NCBI GenBank assembly: GCA_038748685.1
Contig: JBCDIS010000002.1
Location: 2,226-66,225, forward strand
Direction of reading: 5' to 3'
DNA: 64,000 nucleotides
DNA from: Acidobacteriota bacterium
GTDB lineage: Bacteria > Acidobacteriota > Thermoanaerobaculia > Multivoradales > J023
Shown here: positions 38,315 to 46,236 of the stretch, piece by piece
How positions within the stretch are numbered: the stretch's first letter is position 1
Layout of the letters: each line of letters begins with the position of its first letter
The notes under the pieces: model-generated
What the model was told of the DNA's origin: nothing
The model's database searches: none
What the model saw: the letters and a program-made list of their open reading frames with translations, nothing else
Position numbers and translations under genes: made by a program

Positions 38315-41300
38315 ATGTTTCGACGTTTCCCACGATGTTCCGGCCTCCGGATCCTCGGCCTCGCCGTCATCCTTTGTGTGCTGGGGGCTTCCGCGCTCTT
38401 CCCGTCGTCTCCGGCCGCCCTCTCGGCCCCGTCGAAGGGCTTTGCCGGAGGAACCTCCGCTCCAAACGATCCTTTCGTCCAGGAGCCCATCCATCCGATT
38501 CCGGGCGATTTCCACGAGACCTACCAGTGGCCCCTCGGCTATCACTACCTCTTTGACGTAAAGGATATCGGGTACCAGGATGCCTGGGACCTGAGTCAGG
38601 GGCATGGGTATATCGGGATCCTCGACGGTGGGTTCGCCGCGTACCACGGCAACCGCGGGAACCACACGCCGTCCATAGGTATGCAGGAGATCGCCGGGCA
38701 GGTGTTCCGGCCCCAGGTGGACGGTCTAGTCACGGCCCTCGGAAATCAGGGTTCAGGGGGCCGAACCCTGACCCTGCGGCGGCTCGATCAGATCCTGTCG
38801 GCGCCGCCCCTGGCGACCGTCACCACCTCGGCGGGTGGACCCCGCTGGCGCTTTGCCCCCATCCTGCCGGTGACTCTGACCGCCGGAGTCGACTACGTGG
38901 TGCTGGTCGAGTCAGGGCCCGGTTCGGTGGTTCGGCAGACCCATGATCCGGGCTTCGAGTTTCCCCGCACCTTTGGCGATGTCACCCTGATGGGGGGCGT
39001 GCGCTACGCGCCGGGGGATACGTCGGTGACGGTGCGACCGGAGGAAGTGTCGGCGGCGACCGACATCGCCTTCAGGCCCGTCGGTTCGAACATCGATCAG
39101 CGGCCCTGGCGGGAGAATGCCGATCGCCACTTGGTGACGGTGCACCCCGACCTCGAGGGCAGCTTCCGTGAGCACCTGTCGCCGTCGTGGGGCTGGGACG
39201 CCCGCGCCGTCTACTTCGGTCAGAGATTCGGCCACGGTATCCACGTCGCCGGCCTGGCGGGGGCCGACACCGACAACGGCTCCGGCGTCGCCGGGGTCTG
39301 CGGCGGCTGCAGCCTCCTGCTCGGCAATTATGGTCTCGACGGCTATGTACAGAGGTTCATCGAGTTGGTGGACGCCGGGGTGCAGGTGATCAACATGAGC
39401 TTCGGGGACACCTTCGATCCGGTGACCCTCGGACCCCTGCGGGACGCCATCGAGGACATCGCCGACCGCCGCGACGTCGTGCTGGTGGCCGCCGCCGGCA
39501 ACGACGGGCAGGCCTTCGCCGATTTCCCCGCCGAGCATCCGGACGTCCTCGGGATCGCCGGCACCGACCCCCTCGGTCACCTGTGGAGCGATCTCGGCAA
39601 CTGCGCGAGTCCGGGGGACTGCGCCTCGAACTTCGGAGTCGGCGTCAGCCTGTCGGCCCCCGCCAAGAACGTCCTCTCCACCTGGTACCCGGGGAACGAC
39701 TATGACGTCGCCGCCGGAGGCAACGGGGAGGTTCTGTGCGGCGACAGCCTCCACGGCGCCCCGGCCGACGGCTACGGCCTGTGCACCGGCACCTCCATGT
39801 CGGCCCCGCAGGTCACCGGCGCGGTGGGTCTGCTCCGCTCCGCCCACCCCTTGCTGCCGAGGGGCGAGGTGAAAACCGCCTTGGAAAGCACCGCCCGCAA
39901 CACCGGGTCGAACCTCGGAGCTGGTCTTCTGGACGTGGGGGCGGCGCTGGAGATGACCCTCGGCGCGTCGGGTGGCGTCCAGGTGCGAAACCGCTTGACC
40001 CCCCTCTTCTCCCTCTACAGCGCGGCGGCGGAAGACTTTTTCTACACCACGGTGCCCCAGATGGCCGCTTCCGCTATCCAAGATAGCGGCCGCCGCGGCT
40101 TTGCCGACATCGAGGACCCCGACTACCCGAGCCCCGCGGCCCCTTACGCCAGCTGGTCCAACCACCCGACGGTGGCGGGCTACAACGCCTTCCCCGACGG
40201 CGCCGGGCAGGTGCCCCGGTCGAACGTCCACGTCTTCACCACCGATTGGAACCCCGCCACCGGCAACCGCGACCTGGTGCCCCTGTACCGTCTCAGCTAC
40301 GTGGCCCCCACGGCCCAGAACGCGGCGAACCGGGACACCGGATACGCCACGTGGATGGCCGGGAACCACGGGGTGGAAGGTTTCCGCGCCCTGGGCTATG
40401 AGCTGGACGGCGTGGAGGGCTACATCTTCCCGCCGGGCGCAGCGCAGCCCGCCGGTACCGTCGGGCTTTACCGTCGCTACAACAGCGCCCGCAAGGACTC
40501 CGCCCTTCTGGTGGAGGGGGAGTCGATCCAGGGATACACCGTCTCGCCGATCCTGCTGGGCTACGTCTACGCCTCAGGCGTCGGCGGCGGTGTGGACAGT
40601 GACGGGGACGGCCTGATCGACGGCTTCGAGGCCCTGCTGGGCACCGATCCCGCGGCCGCCGACTCGGACTGCGACGGCGCGTCGGACGGCGCCGAGATGT
40701 CGCTGACGGCCCTGCCCACGGATCCCCTGGACGGGGCCTGCGGTCCCGATGTGGGGGTCGATCTCACCACCGGGTCGGCGCCGGGGGGCAACTACTCGGT
40801 CGCCGCGACGGTCACCGACTGGGGTCCGGGGGTGGCGCAGCAGGTGGTGCTGGAGGTTCTCTTCGAGTCCTCCCACTGGGATTGGTACGTCACACCCCCC
40901 GCAGGCTGCGCCTTCGTTCCCCCGGCGAAGGGAATCATCTTGATCGGTACCCGCAGTCTGTACCGCTGTAACCTCGGAAACCTCGCCGCCGGCGGGTCCC
41001 TTGTCCGCAGCTTCACGGTGCAGCCTTCGGTGGATCCTTCGACCCTCGCGGTCATCGCGACGGTGACCTCGTCGACCCACGATCCGCAGCCGGCGAATGA
41101 CCAAGACATCGCCTACCTCAACGGGGGTTCATTGGTTCAGTGGGAAGCCGAGATTCCCGGTTGGGTGCCTACGGGCTCGAGCTACGTTTCCGGAAGCAGA
41201 GCAGCAAGGGGCGAGGCCTCTTCGACACCCTTGGCGGCTTCGCGAGTGAGCGGCCTCCAGCCCCCTGGCAATGTCCTTCCAGACTTCTCCGCTCGCGCGT

Positions 41301-41320
41301 CATGCGCGAATCGCGGATGA
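38315..41320 (+). CDS. Secreted subtilisin-like serine peptidase (S8 family) with large N-terminal extension and C-terminal DUF11-like/Asp-rich region
   Basis: Signal peptide MFRRFPRCSGLRILGLAVILCVLGASALF. Catalytic triad motifs: Asp (IGILDGG), His (GHGIHVAG), Ser (GTSMSAPQVTG). Confidence 0.8.
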   Translation: MFRRFPRCSGLRILGLAVILCVLGASALFPSSPAALSAPSKGFAGGTSAPNDPFVQEPIHPIPGDFHETYQWPLGYHYLFDVKDIGYQDAWDLSQGHGYIGILDGGFAAYHGNRGNHTPSIGMQEIAGQVFRPQVDGLVTALGNQGSGGRTLTLRRLDQILSAPPLATVTTSAGGPRWRFAPILPVTLTAGVDYVVLVESGPGSVVRQTHDPGFEFPRTFGDVTLMGGVRYAPGDTSVTVRPEEVSAATDIAFRPVGSNIDQRPWRENADRHLVTVHPDLEGSFREHLSPSWGWDARAVYFGQRFGHGIHVAGLAGADTDNGSGVAGVCGGCSLLLGNYGLDGYVQRFIELVDAGVQVINMSFGDTFDPVTLGPLRDAIEDIADRRDVVLVAAAGNDGQAFADFPAEHPDVLGIAGTDPLGHLWSDLGNCASPGDCASNFGVGVSLSAPAKNVLSTWYPGNDYDVAAGGNGEVLCGDSLHGAPADGYGLCTGTSMSAPQVTGAVGLLRSAHPLLPRGEVKTALESTARNTGSNLGAGLLDVGAALEMTLGASGGVQVRNRLTPLFSLYSAAAEDFFYTTVPQMAASAIQDSGRRGFADIEDPDYPSPAAPYASWSNHPTVAGYNAFPDGAGQVPRSNVHVFTTDWNPATGNRDLVPLYRLSYVAPTAQNAANRDTGYATWMAGNHGVEGFRALGYELDGVEGYIFPPGAAQPAGTVGLYRRYNSARKDSALLVEGESIQGYTVSPILLGYVYASGVGGGVDSDGDGLIDGFEALLGTDPAAADSDCDGASDGAEMSLTALPTDPLDGACGPDVGVDLTTGSAPGGNYSVAATVTDWGPGVAQQVVLEVLFESSHWDWYVTPPAGCAFVPPAKGIILIGTRSLYRCNLGNLAAGGSLVRSFTVQPSVDPSTLAVIATVTSSTHDPQPANDQDIAYLNGGSLVQWEAEIPGWVPTGSSYVSGSRAARGEASSTPLAASRVSGLQPPGNVLPDFSARASCANRG

Positions 41321-41369
41321 AGACCTTGAAGTTACGGACGAGTGTCGACCAACCACCGTCCGAGATGAT

Positions 41370-43058
41370 CTAGCGCGTCCTCGGTGCCGCCGAGGACCGG
41401 GGCCCCAGGCGCTGCATCAGAGCCTGGGCCCCGGCGTCGTCTGGCACCGCGTCGAGGGCGCGCCGGCAGGCGGCTCGGGCGTCGGCCCGGGCCGTCTCCG
41501 GATCGAACCCGTGGCCGGGGGCGGCGGGCCCCCGGCGCCATTCCCAGCGCTTGGCCCACACCCGGCAGACGCCGGTGGAGGCGGCGGCCCTCTGGCGGGG
41601 GGTGCGGGCGAGGGACTCGGCCTCGCGGAAGCTGTCGACGGCGAGGCCGAGGTGTTCGTCGGCCCGGGCCTCCTCACCCTGGCGGTCCAGCTGAAGGGCC
41701 AGCTCCAGGTGGGCGTTGCCGATCAGGGAGGGGGGCTCGGAGGCGGTGGGCGTCTCGCGGGCGGCGGCGGTGGCGTGGGCGATGGCGGCGGCGTAATCGC
41801 GATCGAAGAAGGAGGCGACGGCGTCGAGGTAGGAGGGCGCTTGGGCGCCGGTCTGCGTCGGCGCGATGCGGCGGAGGGTGTCCCCCAGGAGGAGGAAGAG
41901 GACCGCCGCCAGGCCGAGGGTGAGCCCGGGCAGCAGCCGGCGTCGGAGGGCCGACGGGACCCGTTGCCGCGGCCGGCCGGACCGGGCCGCGACGGGTTCG
42001 CCGTCGAGGTAGCGGCCCAGGTCGTTCGCCAGGTCCTCCGGGGTGGGGTAGCGGTCCGCCGGAACCTTGGCGAGGGCCTTCAGCACCACGCCGTCGAGGT
42101 CGCTGGGCAGGCCCCGGAGCCGGTCCCTGGGGTCCTCGGCGGGTTCCGTCGACGGGGTTTCGGAACCGGTCGCCCGCGTCCGTTTCTTGGGAGAGCGTTC
42201 GGGACTGGAGGGCCGTCGGTGGAGGGGGCGACGGCTGGGGGGCGTCGGGGTGCCCTGGTAGACCGCCCTCAGCCGGCCGATGACGTCGCCGGAGGCGAGG
42301 TCCGGGGTGTGGAACGGGGGACGGCCGGTGAGCAGCTCGTAGAGCACGGCCCCGAGGCCGTAGACGTCGGTCCTGGGGTCGATGCCGTCGCCGGCGATCT
42401 GCTCCGGGCTCATGTAGTCCGGGGTCCCGAGGAGCACCCCCATGTCGGTGTCGTGGGCGTCGTCCGCCAGGCCGCCGGTGACCGCCTTGGCGATGCCGAA
42501 GTCGATGACCTTCGGGAAGCAGTCCCCCGGCCCGCCGACCACCAGGATGTTCGAAGGTTTGAGGTCGCGGTGGACGACCCCCTTGCGGTGGGCGTGCTGG
42601 ACGGCGCCGCAAACCCGCAGGAACAGCCTGAGGCGGGCCGGCACCGACAGTCGATGCCGCTTCGCGAACTCGGTGATCGCCAGGCCCGGAACGTACTCCA
42701 TGACGAAGTAGGGCAGGCCCGCCTCGGTGGTTCCGGCTTCGAAGATCTGGGCGATGTTGGGGTGGCTCATCATCGCCAGGGCCTGGCGCTCGAGCTCGAA
42801 ACGGGCGAGGGCTTCGCCCACGGCCAGGTGCTCCCGAAGCAGCTTCACCGCCACCCGCCGGCGGACGGGGGCGGTTTGTTCGGCGAGGAAGACGCGCCCC
42901 ATGCCCCCGCGTCCGATCTCGTGGAGAAGGCGATAGGGGCCGATGGAAGCCGGGGGCCGGCTCGGCGCGTCGGCCGGTCGGCCGGGGCGGCGGAGGTAGT
43001 CGCCGAGGTCGGTCTTCTGGCGTGGGGGGAATCGGGTCGCTGCGTCGTGCAAGGGCAT
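41370..43058 (-). CDS. Eukaryotic-like Ser/Thr protein kinase with TM segment and C-terminal extracytoplasmic domain
   Basis: GRGGMGRVF, VAVKLL, HRDLKPSNIL, DFGIAK, GTPDYMSPE. TM LLPGLTLGLAAVLFLLL. Start at ATG 43058 (MPLHDAATRF). Confidence 0.8.
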   Translation of the reverse strand: MPLHDAATRFPPRQKTDLGDYLRRPGRPADAPSRPPASIGPYRLLHEIGRGGMGRVFLAEQTAPVRRRVAVKLLREHLAVGEALARFELERQALAMMSHPNIAQIFEAGTTEAGLPYFVMEYVPGLAITEFAKRHRLSVPARLRLFLRVCGAVQHAHRKGVVHRDLKPSNILVVGGPGDCFPKVIDFGIAKAVTGGLADDAHDTDMGVLLGTPDYMSPEQIAGDGIDPRTDVYGLGAVLYELLTGRPPFHTPDLASGDVIGRLRAVYQGTPTPPSRRPLHRRPSSPERSPKKRTRATGSETPSTEPAEDPRDRLRGLPSDLDGVVLKALAKVPADRYPTPEDLANDLGRYLDGEPVAARSGRPRQRVPSALRRRLLPGLTLGLAAVLFLLLGDTLRRIAPTQTGAQAPSYLDAVASFFDRDYAAAIAHATAAARETPTASEPPSLIGNAHLELALQLDRQGEEARADEHLGLAVDSFREAESLARTPRQRAAASTGVCRVWAKRWEWRRGPAAPGHGFDPETARADARAACRRALDAVPDDAGAQALMQRLGPRSSAAPRTR

Positions 43059-43390
43059 TCCCGGGGCGGACGGTGGACGAATCCCGCGCGCGTCGCCGCG
43101 CGGGCACAGCTCGGTTCGCCAGCATCGGGAAGGGGCGGGGGGCCCCGAAGCAGCGCCGCGCCGGACGGCCGGCACGCGCAGAAGAACAGCAGGAAGAGTC
43201 TACCGTCTTGGGTGGGTTGCGTCAGTCTTTTCATAGCGAGTGAGCGATATTGGTCAAGCCTTGCAAGTGTCCGCCGGGCAAGCCTCCCCGATTGACGGGT
43301 TTTGCCTAGGGCTCTCGCCGATATTTGTGGAGCGTCACCGCTCTGGAGTCAGCCTCCGGAGCCATCCCCGCACGGAAACAAGGAGACACC

Positions 43391-44446
43391 ATGCGCCTGA
43401 CCCCGAACCTCCCCCCGTCTGTCCCAAGAATCCTCCGCCGTCCGGCCGCCGTCGCCCTAGGGACCTTCGCCCTGGCGGCCCTCGCCGTGGGGGCCTTGGT
43501 CTGGGCGGCTCCGGCCCTGGCGGATGACCACGACCACAGCCACAGTCACCCCATGGCCGACGGGGCGTCCCCGACGACGATGCCGGGTGCTCTGAATCGG
43601 TCGATGATGGAGGGATTCGATGTCCCCGTGGTGAGTGCCGAGGGCGGGGACTTCTCGCGGAACTACCGCACGACCTGCAATCCGGTCTTCGAGCGCTACC
43701 CCGTGGCGGGCCCCCACAACAACGGTTACGACGCCAACTGGCATAGCTGGAACTGCAATACCGCCCACAGCAACTCCGACTACTACCCGTGGCACCTGGG
43801 CAACGACATCTTCGGCGCCGAGGGAACCCCCATCGTCGCCGCGCAATCGGGAACCATCAGCTACTCCTTCTGGGACAACACCGGTGGCAAGGTGGTTTAC
43901 GTGGTGGACGACTGCGGCTGGTGGCACTACTACGCCCACCTCAAAGACGTGGATCCAGGTCTCTACCTGGGGCAGTACGTGGAGGCCGGCACCCGTCTCG
44001 GCACCCTGGGCAGGACGGGCAACGCCGCCGGTACCGAGCCCCACCTGCACTACTCGGTGTACCCCGGCACCTTCGCCAACGGCGTCGATCCCCACCCCTA
44101 TCTCCTCGGGGTGCAGAACGGGTCCTGCCAGAGCGGCAACGCCTGCAGCTGTCTCTACGGCATCAACGTCGACAACTTCGCCGTCGGAGTCCCGGATACC
44201 GACTGCGGCCACCGGGTGTGCGGCCTGGCGAACGAGCTGTTCACCTGCTCCGGCAGCAATTGGTCGAAGATCGGCGCCGCTGGTTCCTGCAACGGCTCGT
44301 GCTCCTGCCCCGGTGGCAAGTTCAAGAACGGCCGTGACATCCCGGCCCACATGACCCACTGCGGCTTCCGGGTCTGCGGCATGAACTCGAAGTACTGGGA
44401 CTGCACCTCGTCGGGCTGGAGCAACACCGGCCTCAACTGCAGCTGA
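43391..44446 (+). CDS. Secreted M23 family metallopeptidase with Cys-rich C-terminal module
   Basis: AAGGAGA RBS. Signal peptide. M23 motifs HLGNDIF (HxxxD) and EPHLHYSVY (HxH). C-terminal 110 aa contain about 16 Cys. Confidence 0.8.
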   Translation: MRLTPNLPPSVPRILRRPAAVALGTFALAALAVGALVWAAPALADDHDHSHSHPMADGASPTTMPGALNRSMMEGFDVPVVSAEGGDFSRNYRTTCNPVFERYPVAGPHNNGYDANWHSWNCNTAHSNSDYYPWHLGNDIFGAEGTPIVAAQSGTISYSFWDNTGGKVVYVVDDCGWWHYYAHLKDVDPGLYLGQYVEAGTRLGTLGRTGNAAGTEPHLHYSVYPGTFANGVDPHPYLLGVQNGSCQSGNACSCLYGINVDNFAVGVPDTDCGHRVCGLANELFTCSGSNWSKIGAAGSCNGSCSCPGGKFKNGRDIPAHMTHCGFRVCGMNSKYWDCTSSGWSNTGLNCS

Positions 44447-44721
44447 CGCCCCCCACAACGAGTCCTATCGGAACGCCCGGGGTGAGCCCTGTGCCGCTCC
44501 GTACCTTTTTCGTCGTCGACGATGAAGGGTTTGGGCAGCGGTTCTCGCCGATACCCGGTGATTCCCGTCATCACCATGGGTCCCTTCGCAGCGGACCCAC
44601 CCTCGTTCTTTCCGGCGGCCATCCGTTGGCGTCTTGCCCGCACCGCGGCCCTGCCCGTATTGCGGCCCTGCCCGTATTGCGGCCCTGGCGTTCGGCGACG
44701 GTTCCGTCCAGGAGATGCTCG

Positions 44722-46170
44722 ATGCTCAAATCGTTCCTGTCGTTTCCCGTCACAGCTCTACTCTTCTGTCTCGCCCTTCCGGCCTTGGGCGCCCCGTCGC
44801 TGTCGGCGGATCGCGAGCCGGATCCCTGCTTCGAAGCCTGCGCCGCCGTCGAAGCGGGTTTCGTCGACGCCTCCGTCACCGAGGGGCTCTGCCACTGCGA
44901 CCGCGCCTTCGGCATCACCCTGGTCGAAGCGCAGCGGGACTCGGGTCAGACCTGGTGCGCCCAGCAACCCGGTATCGCCATCGATGCCCGCAGCTCCGAG
45001 AAGCGCCCCAGCGGCTCCGACTGGGCCGCCATCGCCACCCCCCTGTGGATGCGAACGGTGGCCCACAACGGCGAATACTCGAAGATCCGCGACCTTTACT
45101 ACCGCCACCACGGCGCGGTGAAGATCCTCGCGGTCGTCAACCAGGAATCCCTCGGCGCGGCCCTGCCGGCCAACAATGCGAACTACTGGACCTGGTCGAG
45201 GTACGCCGACGCCTATGCCGCCGCGGCGGTGGACCTGGCCCGCAACTACGGCCAGTTCATCGCCGCCTACGAGCTCTGGAACGAGCCGGACCACATGGGG
45301 ATCCCCACGTATCGCGCCGCCCTGCTGATCCAGCGCGCCGCCCTCGCCCTCAACCGGGAGGGGATCGACGAGCCCTTCATCACCGGTGGGATCGTGGCGT
45401 CGCCGCCGGGCTGGACCGACTACCTGAGCCAGATGATCTACTACATCGGCTCCCAGGCGTGGCCCCTGATCGACGGCGTAGGTCTCCATCCCTACAACCA
45501 TTCCGTGGATGGACATCCTGGGGATGCGGCTTGGGGCGACATGGAGGCGACGATCCTGGAGGCCCACCGGAGAGGCTTCTACAAGCCGGTATGGCTGACG
45601 GAATTCGGCCTGGCGGAGGCCGTCGGATCCCCGGACTGGGGCCGCCAGGCGGTCTTCCTGGACAAAGCGTACGACCTTTTCTACGACCTCGGGCCGAACG
45701 TGGTGCCCCACGCCTTTTGGTTCGCATTCGACGACCGGGTCTACCAGCAGCCCAACCTGGAGCACTGGGGGTTGGTGAACTACAACCACGCTAACCTGCG
45801 CCTGGCCGGTGAGTTCTTCCGCAACCATACGAAGGAAGTCCAAGGGAACCTCGCCTGCAGCACCTGGGACGGCGACGTGGACGGCTGCGACGCCCACGGC
45901 TGGGGGACGACCCAGGACTGTGCGTATTACTTCTGTAGCGGCAAGTGCCGTCCCCGCGGCACGTCGAACTGTCAGGCCGGCTGTTCTCAATACTGCAACG
46001 GCACCAGCGCCGACCTGCCCTGCAGCACCTGGGACGGCGACCTCCAGGGCTGTGACGCCCACGGCTGGGGGACGACCCAGGACTGCGCGTACTACTTCTG
46101 CAGCGGCAAATGCCGTCCCCGCGGCACGTCGAACTGCCAGGCGGGCTGCTCGAACTACTGCTGTAACTGA
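44722..46170 (+). CDS. Secreted glycoside hydrolase, GH5-like (clan GH-A), with two C-terminal Cys-rich tandem repeats
   Basis: AGGAG RBS and signal peptide MLKSFLSFPVTALLFCLALPALG. Conserved acid/base motif YELWNEPD and nucleophile region VWLTEFG. The C-terminus carries two copies of a 55-aa, 8-Cys repeat. Confidence 0.75.
   Translation: MLKSFLSFPVTALLFCLALPALGAPSLSADREPDPCFEACAAVEAGFVDASVTEGLCHCDRAFGITLVEAQRDSGQTWCAQQPGIAIDARSSEKRPSGSDWAAIATPLWMRTVAHNGEYSKIRDLYYRHHGAVKILAVVNQESLGAALPANNANYWTWSRYADAYAAAAVDLARNYGQFIAAYELWNEPDHMGIPTYRAALLIQRAALALNREGIDEPFITGGIVASPPGWTDYLSQMIYYIGSQAWPLIDGVGLHPYNHSVDGHPGDAAWGDMEATILEAHRRGFYKPVWLTEFGLAEAVGSPDWGRQAVFLDKAYDLFYDLGPNVVPHAFWFAFDDRVYQQPNLEHWGLVNYNHANLRLAGEFFRNHTKEVQGNLACSTWDGDVDGCDAHGWGTTQDCAYYFCSGKCRPRGTSNCQAGCSQYCNGTSADLPCSTWDGDLQGCDAHGWGTTQDCAYYFCSGKCRPRGTSNCQAGCSNYCCN
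45856..46167 (+). repeat. In-frame 165-bp tandem duplication (2 copies) encoding the Cys-rich C-terminal module of the GH5 protein
   Basis: Copies at 45856-46020 and 46021-46167 are about 95% identical at the nucleotide level. Encoded motif: CSTWDGD.(D/Q)GCDAHGWGTTQDCAYYFCSGKCRPRGTSNCQAGCS.YC. Confidence 0.7.
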
Positions 46171-46178
46171 TGCGCGAA

Positions 46179-46213
46179 GGCCCCCGCCGGTGAACCGACG
46201 GGGGCCCCTTTCA
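46179..46213. terminator. Putative bidirectional terminator hairpin between convergent genes
   Basis: 8-bp GC stem GGCCCCCG / CGGGGGCC with a 12-nt loop, followed by CCTTTC. Confidence 0.45.
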
Positions 46214-46236
46214 GCAACGATCCAACGGGGCGCCGA

